Shown here: one piece after another, positions 1-12,882 of the stretch
Position numbering within the stretch: position 1 is the first letter of the stretch
How the letters are laid out: each line of letters begins with the position of its first letter
Origin: Octopus sinensis
Taxonomy: Eukaryota
Reading direction: 5' to 3'
Assembly: GCF_006345805.1 (NCBI RefSeq)
Contig: NC_043021.1
Location: 3,720,001-3,784,000 of the forward strand
Length of the DNA: 64,000 nucleotides
Program-made: the position numbers and the translations under genes
The notes under the pieces: generated by a model
Databases searched by the model: none
Told to the model about the DNA's origin: nothing
Seen by the model: the letters and a program-made list of their open reading frames with translations, nothing else

Positions 1-208
1 TCATCATCGTCGTCTTCGTCTTCAGTTCTTCCGTAACCATTATCGCAATCGCGACTGTGACTACCATCACTGCACCCAGCACCGCTTATTCATCATCCCA
101 CATCCATCGTCACAATTACGATTGATCCTTGCAGCGAATGAATAACCGTAGCACCCACCCCTAACGATTTCCACGGCTCTTGCATCATTATCTAGCAATA
201 AAACCGAT

Positions 209-257
<49 letters not shown>

Positions 258-657
258 TATCTATATATATATATATATATATCTGACTACCTTTTGACAA
301 ACCAATGGAGATCACAAGAGTGGAATTTAATCCAACGAAGCAAAAGGTGCAGCCATGTATTTTAGGGGCTGAAAAAATTCAGACAGGGGATTATAGCTGC
401 AATATAATAAACTCTGACTTACTCCTTTTTGTCCCTTCCGTTTTGCACAAGCAAAAATGTAAGCTAACCATGGCTTAGTCAAGCAATTTTAAGGAATAAT
501 AAATGGTAATTTCTCTAGTAATATTATTATTATTTCATTTGCTACACAGCTAAAGAACAAGGCAAAATTCTAATTGATGCAAGCAAAATGCCGACGTACA
601 GGGTGTGGTAAACGTATATAACCATAAAAAAAAAAATTATGTATAACTACACACACA

Positions 658-702
<45 letters not shown>

Positions 703-1063
703 TATACACATATATATATACATATACCAAATTTTTTACATCAATAACCAGGGGTAATGAGTCAGTTACGATACTCCAGCAATACGGCTACTAGTAACAT
801 CATTAGCATCATAAACATCACCAATACTACTACCACCGCTTAACACCATCATCATCATCATCATCGTCGTCTTCGTCTTCAGTTCTTCCGTAACCATTAT
901 CGCAATCGCGACTGTGACTACCATCACTGCACCCAGCACCGCTTATTCATCATCCCACATCCATCGTCACAATTACGATTGATCCTTGCAGCGAATGAAT
1001 AACCGTAGCACCCACCCCTAACGATTTCCACGGCTCTTGCATCATTATCTAGCAATAAAACCG

Positions 1064-1121
<58 letters not shown>

Positions 1122-1511
1122 ATATATATATATATATATCTGACTACCTTTTGACAAACCAATGGAGATCACAAGAGTGGAATTTAATCCAACGAAGCAA
1201 AAGGTGCAGCCATGTATTTTAGGGGCTGAAAAAATTCAGACAGGGGATTATAGCTGCAATATAATAAACTCTGACTTACTCCCTTTTTGTCCCTTCCGTT
1301 TTGCACAAGCAAAAATGTAAGCTAACCATGGCTTAGTCAAGCAAATTTTAAGGAATAATAAATGGTAATTTCTCTAGTAATATTATTATTATTTCATTTG
1401 CTACACAGCTAAAGAACAAGGCAAAATTCTAATTGATGCAAGCAAAATGCCGACGTACAGGGTGTGGTAAACGTATATAACCATAAAAAAAAATTATGTA
1501 TAACTACACAC

Positions 1512-1530
<19 letters not shown>
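1..1530. repeat. Tandem duplication, period about 857 bp (1-~690 repeated at 858-~1530)
   Basis: The unique sequence of the two copies is near-identical; they differ only in (TA)n length and homopolymer indels. Confidence 0.9.
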
Positions 1531-1543
<13 letters not shown>

Positions 1544-1828
1544 TATATACGGATGCATGCACTCTCGAGAAAAAGTAATAAAAAAAATGATAATTTTCGA
1601 TGCAGATGATTTATTCATTGTTGTCTTTATATGCATTCCTACTTTAGGGAAAAGCGAATGCACCGAGTCTTCTTCTTTGAGGTTATCAAAGAGAGAGATG
1701 GAGAAGATGGAGAGGGAGTTCCCTGATGCGAAGGTTGGAGGAAATGGCAAAAAAGTAATATCTGCATTATAAGAAGTCCACCACAGAATTACATAAAAAA
1801 CAAATTAACAGAACAGAACACAATATAT

Positions 1829-1881
<53 letters not shown>

Positions 1882-1946
1882 TAAAACGGTAAGATAACAA
1901 AAGAAAGAAAGAGACCTCAATATTATGTAAATAGAGGAAATTTATC

Positions 1947-2102
1947 TATACAATAATATGTTACATTACTCGGTAGTCAAGATAAAACTCTGAGTTTCAG
2001 ATGCCGAAGTGGAAATCCACAACACCATCTCTTCGGTTATCTGGCTATTTGAAACTCAGAGTTTTATCTTGACTATCGAGTAATGTAACATATTATTGTA
2101 TA
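1947..2102. repeat. Inverted repeat/hairpin with ~53-bp arms
   Basis: 1947-1999 is the reverse complement of 2050-2102 with one mismatch; the loop is about 50 nt. Confidence 0.85.
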
Positions 2103-2518
2103 CATACATACATATATAATTCTGGAAAAAGGTAGTGAAGAAAGATAAAGGACAAAGAAGAGAGAAACAAATTTCAGACCCCGCAAAAAAGCGAGGTGGG
2201 GTGGTGGATGCAAAAATGTGTGTAATAGTAGCGAAGAGTGCGGGGTAGCCAGGAAACCCACCCCAAACGTTAGTTAGGTAATTAGTTAGCCGTGTGTAGG
2301 TGCGCGCGACTAATTACCGGATAGTGTGTGTGTGTAGTGCCTTATCGGTTCTTTATCAACTATCTGTTTAGTGATGGGGGAAGCAATCAAATGACAATAG
2401 GGTTGCTATCGCTATTAAGCTTGTCATCGTCATATGATGACTATTACAGATGATATATTCACGTACTTTATAATTAAGCCACAGAATGCACCGAATCTAT
2501 AAACATGTAATATGTATG

Positions 2519-2582
<64 letters not shown>

Positions 2583-4159
2583 GTGTGTGTGTGTGTGTGT
2601 TGTGTGTGTGTGTGTGCGTGCGTGTGTGTGTGTGTGCGTGTGTGTGTGTGCGTGTGTGTGTTAGTCACATGTACAAGGAATTTTATACGTATAAAATAAA
2701 GTATATAGCATTTTATAAAACAGCAATCAAGAAGTTATGAGTAATCAGAGAGAGGGAGGGAGAGAGAGAGAAAGAGAGGGAGTAAGGGAGAGAGAGAGAG
2801 AGAGAGACGGAGACGGACGGACAGACAGACAAAAAAAAATGTGCGTGTGTGTGTGTGTGTGTGTGTGACAAGAGACATTTATTATGAAAGGAGTGATAAT
2901 AGAGCAGAGATATACCAACAATAAACACTTAGGATTTTTTGTTTTAAAACCATCAGCCGGGACCCTCCCACTTTACACACACACACACAGATATTTTCCC
3001 ACACACCATATATATATATATACATTTAGTTCTTTGCACACATATATATACATATATATAGTTCTTTGCACACATATATGCACATGGATACACATAATAG
3101 TGTGTGTATATATATCTATGTATACACATATAACAGTACACACAAACACACACGCTCAACTATTACATCTTCACATATATTCACGTATACACACATAATA
3201 TGCATATTTTTTCTCATACACGTATATGTCTATACAAATACATAAACAACAGACATATAACTAAATATATATTTATACACACATACAAATATACACTGAC
3301 AGACACACAACTTACATATATATATATATACATATATATATGTATATCAGAGACGCATTGACTATTTTCAGAGATAAGGCCGACAGCTTAATTAGACCTG
3401 GGCTTCCCCCAGAATCTTTGCGAATCATCGCTGTGTCAAAAATGTCGATCAAAACCTTGCAATTGGGACAAAAAAAAAGGGGAAAAAGGGGGAAAAAATT
3501 ATCAAAGACAGAAAATTTTTCCAAACCTAACGATTTAAGGAAACCACAAAGAGAAATAAAATTAAAAAAACTTGATCGATTAGTTAAACGAAATAACAGA
3601 GAAGAATGAAGTCTTTGCGTGCATTTGTAACAAGTTTAGTGAGAAACAGAAATTCGTGGGAGGGGGGGAATAAATAAATAAATAAAAAGAAAAAACTACT
3701 AAACGTGTGTTTATTTCTATTTACACAAATATTTGAGCGAATACACATACAAGTATACGATCAAGTAGATGATATACATAAATCACAAATATGTATATAT
3801 TATTATATAGCCCTATACATATCTGTATGTATATATTATATATACATGTGTATATATAATACGAATACAATATATATATATATATATATGTATGTATAAT
3901 ATGATAAAACCACTATTAGGCAATTCAAGCAGCGATAGACATAAACCAATACATAAATGAGTTGCCTAATAGAGATTTTATCTCTAATTCATATTTTATA
4001 TATTTATACTGTGAAATTTGATTTAATACTAAATCTAATTTTCCCTGTAAGTTTGGAACTATACTCCCTAATATTATATATATATATTTCGACGCTTTTT
4101 GGTGTCCTGTATATATACATGTAGAGGTAGGTACGTACATATATGTATGTATATATGCA

Positions 4160-4204
<45 letters not shown>

Positions 4205-4394
4205 CATACGTACTATACATCATAGCTGTAGGTGTTTGGAGAGAGAAAAAATGACAAAGCGATGTGAGAAAGAAAACTGGGGAAAAAAAAAAACATATAC
4301 AAAACGAAAACGAACCCACACACAAAAAAAAGACATCGTAAAATAATAGAAGAAGAAGAAACCAAAAAAAAAAAAAAGAAAAGGGTCAACTTAC

Positions 4395-4448
4395 CGATTC
4401 CGGGCTGTTACTGGGGCTCGGAGAACGTTGAATGGTCACCAAAGCCAT
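4395..4448 (-). CDS. SSH2: Slingshot-family protein phosphatase (SSH1/2/3 co-ortholog), first coding exon. The exon probably spans 4395-4487; the gene continues left of the window.
   Basis: The minus strand reads MALVTIQRSPSPSNSPES, matching the recalled Slingshot N-terminus MALVT(V/L)QRSP(T/S)PS. It is followed by a phase-0 GTAAG donor (4394-4390) and preceded by a CCTTAG acceptor (AG at 4489-4488). Confidence 0.88.
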
Positions 4449-4894
4449 CACAGATGGCCAGAGATGATCTCCAAGACACTTTCGGTTCTAAGGATAGACC
4501 GATAACTCAATTACAGTCGAGTGTAATTAATTATTACCAATAGATGTTGTTATAACAAATATATATATATATGTATATATATGTGTGTGTGTGTGTGTAT
4601 ATATATATAAAATATAGAAATATGTGTTTTGTGTGGTGTGGTGTGTATAATAATAATAATAATATAAATTCCAAGGATATTTCTTTTCCTGCCGACTAAA
4701 TTCCTCGTCCTTTTTTTTGTGAAATGGTTTAGAATTTTCCAAAGTATTTCTTTATCCACTGTACTCCTTCCACGGATTGTCGAAGGCTTCTTAGGTCCAA
4801 GGAAACATTTCATCTATCTGGTGTAGAAAAGGAGACAATTTGATGCCCGTTGGCAGCATTCTCTGTCAGCATATATATATTTTTTTAATGAATT

Positions 4895-5210
4895 TATATA
4901 TATATTCACGTTGGTCTTTCTATTCTGTGGTTACCTTCTTTTAGATATATATATATATGTACATATGTATATATATATATATATATGTATATATATGTGT
5001 GTGTATCTCGAAGGTATATATATATATTCACGTTGGTCTTTCTATTCTGTGTTACCTTCTTTTAGATATATATATATATGTACATATGTATATATATATA
5101 TATATGTGTGTGTGTATCTCGAAGTTATATATATATTCACATTGGTCTTTCTATCCTGTGTTACCTTCTTTTATATATATGTATATATATATGTGTGTGT
5201 GTATCTCGAG
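4895..5210. repeat. Minisatellite, about 3 copies of a ~115-bp unit containing TA repeats
   Basis: TTCAC(G/A)TTGGTCTTTCTAT...TTACCTTCTTTT...GTGTATCTCGA repeated three times. Confidence 0.85.
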
Positions 5211-5867
5211 AACCGGCTGAGATGGGAAAACAAAGAGAGAGAAAGAGAAAAATGGAAGATATGATGATTTTTTTTTGGGGTCTTAAAGCAGAATTCTAAG
5301 CTGTCCTGCCGTCCAGGGCTTCACAGAACCATAATAAACACTGCGACCGCCACCTTAAACAGCGCAGTAGCGGTAACATAAAAGCAACAACACCGTGTGA
5401 AGGTTACTTGACGACTGGCTTTGACTACAGTTTTATGCGGTTCTGCAGGAGGCCCGGAAGAAAAAAAGCGATAGGAGGAGTAGACCGTTGAATCGGAGTA
5501 GGAGGGACGTTGGTAACCTGCAGAACACTTAATAAACACCGTTTAACTTGGACAAGTCTTCAGGTTTTAATCAGGTGATAGATAAATATTATTAAATGTG
5601 TGTGTGCGTCTCTCTCTCTCTGTGTTTTTTTTTTAATTTCAAAATAAAATATATGTATGTATAGATGTTCTGAAATGAATGAAATGTTTGTGTGGAGACA
5701 GACGATTGCTTAGCTTAAATGATATAAGTACTGTTCGGGAGAAGACCTTTAAAAATACGTAAAGGGAGAACATGGTCGGAGTAAGAAGTGTAAAACTTGC
5801 TCAAGCCTCTGAACAGAACTGCATCATAAGATGTGTATATATATATTAGAGCTTTTCTTCGCATTAT

Positions 5868-5905
<38 letters not shown>

Positions 5906-7028
5906 GTTTAACTACATCACTGCTTGGTGCCGGTGACTTTTCTGAAAAATATAATTAACTTTTTTTGTAATTAGTAATTAGTAATTTTTTATTAGATTAC
6001 TAGAAAATGTTAAAACATTAGTTGACCAAAGTATCTGGGGTTTTTTAAATTTTTTTTTAGACTCAACGATTGCTTTAAACTTGTTCATGCTTCCCCGTAT
6101 TGTAATAAATTACCCAAGACTTCTGCATTTAAGTCAATATTTATTCATAGACATGCGCTAAAACCCGGAAGTCATTTGGTTTCGTCCTTTTATGTCCTGC
6201 GTTCGAATCCCACTGCCGTCATCTTTCCCTGCTTTCAGATTTTTCCGTAAATATAGTCACAATTTTGACTAGAAAAAAAAATAACTGGAAAAAAAATATG
6301 ACGTTTCATTTAAATACTTTAAATTGTTCTTAATATTATAAAACAAATATCTTAAGTTTAATAGCCTTACACTTGTGAAAGAAAATCGTTTTTAATAATA
6401 ACGAAGCAAAAAATAATGCTAATTATCAGTTATTGAAATTTTTCCGTAATTTTTTTTCTGGGTTCGATAAAATATAATTACCGGCTGGGAAACCAGAGTC
6501 GAATCATCCACTATTAAACTCCTAAGAAAATTAATTTTGTACTTAAAAAAAGCGTCTGTATACATTATGTGTGAGATCCTCTCTCTTCCGAGCAAACAAT
6601 TATACAAAAGTCATGGGAACACAGAAGTCAGTTTGTAAATCACGGGGCCATTAACAGCTTTAATAATTTTTTTTTATTTCGTCTGCTGCACGCACTCTTA
6701 AAACAAAAACATTGGTTCCTGTGCTCTGCGTCCTGGCTCCCCTAAGAAAGAATCTGTGGACAAACTGCTATATGTTTCGAAATGTATCGCTTCCTGATTA
6801 GTCTGTGAAAACACCGCGTTGTATGATCGAACCCGGGACATCACTATGACGAGGTGAACTTCTTAACTATACAGGCATTATATAGCCAGATTTATTGAAT
6901 ATACATGTGTATACGCAATTCAAACATCTCTGTTTCAGTACTTCAGTGAATGAGCGGATATGTGTGTAAAATCCACACCTGTTACTCGTTGGGTTTTTTT
7001 TTTTCGAAAGTAAACTATGAAGTGCTTG

Positions 7029-7218
7029 CTCTCTCTCTCTCTCTCTCTCTCTCCCCCTCCCTCTCTCTCTCTCTCTCCCTCTCTCTCCCCCTCCCTCTCT
7101 CTCTCCCCCTCCCTCTCTCTCTCCCCCTCCCTCTCTCGCTCTCCCCCTCTCTCTCTCTCTCCCTCTCTTTCTCTCTCTCTCTCTCTCCCTCTCTCTCCCC
7201 CTCTCTCTCTCTCTCTCG
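7029..7218. repeat. (CT)n/CCCT microsatellite
   Basis: Seen directly; it explains the spurious ORFs at 6867-7322. Confidence 0.95.
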
Positions 7219-8284
7219 GTAGGACTAACACGTGTAGGCACTTCCAACGTGGTTGCAGTTATCGGCGGAAACTAGTCGAATTGTTCTCAGGTTCGTTCTG
7301 CCGAGAGACTTTTGAGAATTAACCAGTGTCTGTTTACACAGCGAAACTAAATGCGTGTTTATGAAACACGACTGTGTTAACTTCATTATAACTTGTCCAC
7401 ACACTGCCGCCTATGATTATATCTGCCATAATTTACCCATCCTTAAAATAGCTAAATTTGTACGATATTGAAGTACTCGCCAGGTAACCAACGAGTCAAT
7501 AAGGGAGCTTGTACACCATGCATGGGTAGCCTTTTTTTTAGAGAAGCGGGTTACACGAGACATGGATCATCATGGGACGGGCCTCACTACTAGAAGTATT
7601 CAAGGTAATTTTTCATTAGGCGTGCCATTCAGAAAGTCCCGCAGGCTACCAGTGATGACTGCAGTATATTGCCACTTTACCTGTCAGAAATAGCATCCAA
7701 ACCTTCTTGAAATCACATCTTAAAAAAAAAAAAAGTGGTATGTGGAAGGTGGGTGTAATTCATCTACCTCGCGAGTCCCAGCCGAGATATGTCCGTGAGA
7801 ACCCTACATGCCTAACCTCTGAACACAGCCTAACGACAAATTCTCTGAACTCACGCAGCCACCACGTCCATCCCGAGCAACAGCCCCCACCCGCCCAAAA
7901 ATGCTAATCGTCCTACCTCTCTCATGATCTCCCTCACTCCTCTTCTTCCGACAAAGTCCCCCTCAGTCGTTCGCGTGACATCACTAACCCTATACTTCCG
8001 GCCCACCTCAACCCCACACGCACTTCCACCCCTGGATCTCAAAGAACATCTCATCACCTCACTCCATGTCAAAAATCTGCCATCCACCAGGGCAGACGTC
8101 TCACCCGCTGTGACCACCGCAGAGATGGAGCGCTGATCGCATTCTCTCCTCCTCCTCCTCCGTCGTCCGACATATCGATGATCCTGCGGACATCTAAGGA
8201 TGAAGTGGTACCCCATCCGCAGACACGTTTTGAGAATTAACTGTCGTTACTATTCCTTTCTCCCCGTTGAAACGTGCGGCGCGC

Positions 8285-8539
8285 ATTTGGGGCTTGATCC
8301 ACCCATTATCCCTCATCTGAACGAAGGCAGAATCTCTCTTTACCACAGGTCACTGTGATACTGTACACGGATGACAACATTCATATCTGCATATCGCCTT
8401 GTGTGGCACCGACTCCTCAGCCTGTCCTTACCGGAGTGACATATCATATCAAAATATCACCTCAATTGGTGAGTTATGTCTCCTCTCAGCCTTGATCGTG
8501 CGAGGGTGTCTCTCCAAGATCCCATTTCCATTCAGCCTA
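8285..8539 (+). repeat. Left arm of a ~255-bp inverted repeat (partner 10471-10725)
   Basis: Reverse complement of 10471-10725 with scattered mismatches. Confidence 0.9.
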
Positions 8540-8540
8540 T

Positions 8541-8909
8541 GGGATGGGATGGAAGCACTCCGTCGGTTCCGACGACGAGGGTTCCGGTTGATCCGAATCA
8601 ACGGAACAGCCTGCTGAGCACTCCACAGACACGTGTACCCTTAACGTAGTTCTCGGGGATATTCAACGTGACACAGAGAGTGACAAGGCCGGTCCTTTGA
8701 AATACAGGTACAACAGAAACAGGAAGTAAGAGTGAGGGAAAGTTGTGGTGAAAGAGTACAGCAGGGATCACCACCATCCCCTGCCGGAGCCTCGTGGAGC
8801 TTTTAGGTGTTTTCGCTCAATAAACACTCACAACGCGCGGTCTGGGTATCGAAACCGCGATCCTACGACCGCGAGTCCGCTGCCCTAACCACTGGGCCAT
8901 TGCGCCTCC
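8541..8909 (-). mobile_element. tRNA-derived SINE (head GGAGGCGCAATGGCCCAGTGGTTAGGGCAGC), family C
   Basis: tRNA-like A and B boxes. Related copies at 12566, 38676 and 62502. Confidence 0.85.
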
Positions 8910-8920
8910 ACGAATATATA

Positions 8921-9760
8921 CGCCTGGAGAAGCCGTACACGTTCCACTTATCAAGCATTTTCTCCAGCGCTTCCGACCGAAACGCAGTGCAGTTGTCCAT
9001 CAGTAATTCATTCACAATACCACGCTCCAGGAATATCTCGTGCAGGATCATGCAACTTCGTCTGCAGTCCTCGACTTGATTTCCTTCCATATCGCCATCC
9101 ACCCGGTCCATAATTGCCCATCGACAGATACATCCCCAGCTGGTAGTGCGTCACATCCACTGCCAATCCTTTCCATTTGTGTTCCACTGGATTATTTCCC
9201 GTCTCCTGAGCATGCTGGGTCAGGGTCGATGGATTGATACCTATTTCTTTACTACCCACAAGGGGCTAAACACAGAGAGGACAAATGGATTAAGTCGATT
9301 ATATCGATCCCAGTGGGCAACCGGTACTTAATTTATCGACCCCGAAAGGATGAAAGGCAAAGTCGACATCGGCGGAATTTGAACTCTGAACGTAGCGGCA
9401 AACGAAATACCACTAAGCATTTCGCCCGGCGTGCTAACGTTTCTGCCAGCTCGCCGCCTTGATGGATTGATACCTGTCACAACTACCGACTACTTTCTGA
9501 ATGCTCTGTCTAGTAACTTCGCATTCAACTTTCCTGGCTAGATACAGGATCTTATTCACTCCTATATGATGCATGGTATGCAGTCTTCTTAGCTCCAAGT
9601 CGCTTAGTCGACACAGTGCAGCTAAGCCCCACTCCGAATCCTTTGGCACTGCCAACCAGGCTACCTTCACCGTTGTTAGGATGTCTGCCTTATTCCTTTC
9701 GGAGGCCACATAGACCTTACTCAGTTTCAAACCGAATTCGGCAGCTAGCTCTCTCAGAAT
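8921..9760 (-). mobile_element. Degenerate Ty3/Gypsy pol fragment (RNase H end, HHCC zinc finger, integrase core), interrupted by a SINE
   Basis: Motifs VASERNKADILT, LHTMHHIGV...SCDRYQSI, LAVDVTHY and EIFLERGIVNELLMDNCTAFRSE, with frameshifts. Confidence 0.85.
9243..9460 (-). mobile_element. SINE family B (GGCGGCGAGCTGGCAGAAACGTTAGCACG...AAAGAAATA) with a 15-bp TSD
   Basis: TSD GATGGATTGATACCT at 9228-9242 and 9461-9475. Confidence 0.9.
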
Positions 9761-10470
9761 CCCCAGGCAGCACCCGCCTGGACCGTCTCAACACCCACTG
9801 GGAGGGGGGCGCAGACGATAGCGTCCACTTTCGGAACCTATGCTGTATGCGACCGGCAATGAAGGTTGTGCCCTCATACTGGTGGTCATCTATGTACTAG
9901 CAGGAGCAGAGTGACCAGATTTCTACAGACATCTAAGTATCCTGTGGATGTCACAGTCTCTACTACCAGCAGGGGACCAGAACTGAACCTTAGCTGCATG
10001 GTGAGATCATACTGAGCTACTGCACAGGATGTGAGGGTGCAAAAGCCTCAAATATCTACTCAGCAGTTTCTAACTGTCTGACAGGTGCCAAGTGGATCTT
10101 GCTGACCTACCAGTAAGGACATGGAACAATCAATGCAGGTTGTAGTGCGATCATGAAGAAAGACTTGTTGTAAATATATATACACCATTTATTGCTATAT
10201 AAATACAGAAGGTGTTCATACAATACAAGAAGAGTAAATTTTTATATGAAACGGCGTATATCACAGGTACAGGAGATCTTCATCTCAAATTGACATTTAG
10301 GCTGATTTTTACACATCACTGCATATTCCTGTCACTGTGTTGCTGCAGAATATTTTTTCATGTATCACACCAGGTTGAATAAGCAGATGTGAGAACAGCT
10401 ATCAATCGAGAGCGGACTAAATCAAGGACCGAAATCACTGTCCTCTTCATGCTAAAATGAGCTGTATTTG

Positions 10471-10725
10471 TAGGCTGAATAGAAATGGGATCTTGGAGAG
10501 ACACCGTCGCACGATCATGGCTGAGAAGAGACGTAACTCACCAATTGAGGTGGTATTTTGATATGATATGTCACTCCGGTAAGGACAGGCTGAGGAGTCG
10601 GTGCCACACAGGGTGATATGCAGATATGAATGGTGTCATCCGTGTACAGTATCACAGTGACCTGTGGAAAAGAGAGGTTCTGCCTTCGTTCAGATAAGGG
10701 ATAATGTGTAGATCAAGCCCCAAAT
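10471..10725 (-). repeat. Right arm of a ~255-bp inverted repeat (partner 8285-8539)
   Basis: As for the left arm. 10740-10775 also matches 7649-7684 in inverted orientation. Confidence 0.9.
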
Positions 10726-10784
10726 ATACCGCAGTCATCACAGGTAAAGTGGCAATATACCGCAGTCATCACTGGGTCTTCCAA

Positions 10785-11163
10785 ATTGTACCTAGATTTA
10801 TTGGGATATTTGTTAGACATGTAGATAGGGACAGTATAGGATGTCCATAGGGGAAACTGGTCGGTTATACAGATCAGAAATTTGTGATCAGCTCGGTAAC
10901 TTAATCAGGAACCTTAGACAGGAAACAGTTACTGGAAGTTGAATGTGCTGTTACCAACACATAAAGACTACAGGAACCATATTACCGAATTAATTAAGCA
11001 GCAGTTGAAGGGGGCAGTCGTCAACAACCAGTGGTGGGGCGCCTTGAAGAGGGTGATTAGATTAGAATCGATAGCTTTTAGCAAAGAGCTAACGATAGAG
11101 AGAAATAGATTGGAGGGGGAGCTACTTAGTCATCTAAAACAGGCGAGTAGCAAAGTATTATGA
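10785..11163 (+). mobile_element. L1/Tx1-clade LINE ORF2 fragment (endonuclease end and linker)
   Basis: YLD...GYTDQKFV followed by YWKLNVLL...WWGALKRVIRLESIAFSKEL, typical of L1/Tx1; contains stops. Confidence 0.7.
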
Positions 11164-11273
11164 TGTACTTGTAAGGCTTCTAGGTAAGACACTAAGGCAT
11201 CATACAAGAGGACGATATCTGACCGGTTTCAGTGGTGGGAACAAAACCATTATCAGATCTTCAACAGATCATA

Positions 11274-11615
11274 GGCGCAGGCGTGGCTGTGTGGTAAGTA
11301 GCTAGCTAACCAACCACATGGTTCCGGGTTCTTGGGCAAGTGTCTTCTGCTATAGCCCCGGGCCGACCAATGCCTTGTGAGTGGATTTGGTAGACGGAAA
11401 CTGAAAGAAGCCTGTCGTATATATGTATATATATATATGTATGTGTGTGTGTTTGTCCCCCCAACATCGCTTGACAACCGATGCTGGTTGGCAAAAGAGA
11501 CCGATAGAATAAGTACTGGGCTTACAAAGAATAAGTCCCGGGGTCGATTTGCTCGACTAAAGGCGGTGCTCCAGCATGGCCGCAGTCAAATGACTGAAAC
11601 AAGTAAAAGAGAGAG
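11274..11615 (+). mobile_element. tRNA-derived SINE family A (GGCGCAGG.GTGGCTGTGTGGTAAG...CAAGTAAAAGAG)
   Basis: More than 12 related copies in the window, e.g. 28203-28612, 38101-38420, 40601-40992, 47615-47970, 57230-57632, 61220-61600, 62139-62292. Confidence 0.85.
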
Positions 11616-12020
11616 TAGATCGGGACGGGTGCGTGCTGCTTGGTTCCTAGCAGATGTGCAGCTTTCCCCGAGCGCTTCGCTCAATTGTTCGGGATAGCTG
11701 ATGGATTGGAGCCGGCAGTGGCCCTTAGTGCTTACCTTGGCGGCCTGTTACAGCCCTTACAGAAGACGCGAGTTGATGCGAAAATCCAAGGGACATGTAT
11801 GTAGGTAAGTACGAGCGCGCACACACATAAGTGCACAAACGAATGGAAATAGCGCTCATTACGTACAGTCGGAGCTCAGTTCATTGAGAAACCGGCTGAC
11901 TTAGCTGCTCGGGTTACTTTGTGTCGTGGGCGTGAAGAATACAGGAGCAGCTTCTCAGATTCATACAAACATATATGCACACACACACACACACACACAA
12001 GTAAAGATGAATGCGTAATG

Positions 12021-12021
12021 G

Positions 12022-12052
<31 letters not shown>

Positions 12053-12560
12053 TGTATGTATGTATGTATGTATGTATGTATGTATGTATGTATGTATGTA
12101 TGTATGTATGTATGTATGTATGTATGTATGTATGTATGTATGTATGTATGTATGTATGTATGTGTGTGTGTATCTGTGTGTGTATGTATGTATGTATGTG
12201 TGTATGTATGTATGTGTGTGTGTATGTATGTATGTGTGTGTGTATGTATGTATGTATGTATGTATGTATGTATGTATGTATGTATGTATGTATGTATGTA
12301 TGTATGTATGTATGTATGTATGTATGTATGTATGCATGCATGCATGCATGTATGTATGTATGTTTGTATGTATGTATGTATGTATGTATGTATGTATGTA
12401 TGTGTGTGTGTATGTATGTATGTATGTGTGTGTGTATGTATGTATGTGTGTGTGTATGTATGTATGTGTGTATGTATGTATGTATGTATGTATGTATGTA
12501 TGTATGTTTGTATGTAGGTATGTATGTTTGTATGTATGTATGTATGTTTGTATGTATGAA
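12021..12560. repeat. (TATG)n/(TG)n compound microsatellite, about 540 bp
   Basis: Seen directly; it is the source of the YIHT/MYVC ORFs. Confidence 0.97.
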
Positions 12561-12565
12561 TGTGT

Positions 12566-12882
12566 GGAGGCGCAATGGCCCAATGGTTAGGGCAGCGGAC
12601 TCGCGGTCAGAGAATCGCGGTTTCGATTCCCAGACCGGGCGTTGTGTGTGTTTATTGAGCGAAAACACTTAAAAAGCTCCACGAGGCTCCTGCATGGGGT
12701 GGTGGCATGGGGCCCTCTTGTACTCCTTCGCCCCAACTTTCTCTCCCTCTCTCTTCCTGTTTCTTGAGTAACGCTGCGATGGACTGGAGTCCCGTCCAGC
12801 TGGGGTGGGGGGACACATACGCCACAGAAACCGGGAAACCGGGCACATAAGCCTGGCTAGGCTTGAAAAGGGCATGGATGGA
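12566..12882 (+). mobile_element. SINE family C with alternative 3' tail (GAGTAACGCTGCGATGGACTGG...)
   Basis: Head and body match 8541-8909; the tail matches the one at 60577-60822. Confidence 0.8.

Noticed and set aside
8190-8230. VCGWGTT on the minus strand, like a trypsin motif
   Set aside because: It is an isolated 7-mer with no catalytic H/D/S motifs or exon structure.
12566-12645. tRNA-like sequences here and at 24281, 38676, 39189 and 60577
   Set aside because: They are SINE heads continuing into SINE bodies and lack complete cloverleafs.
11876-12672. Several 140-235-aa ORFs (YIHT/MYVC repeats)
   Set aside because: They are translations of the (TATG)n microsatellite, open in most frames on both strands.
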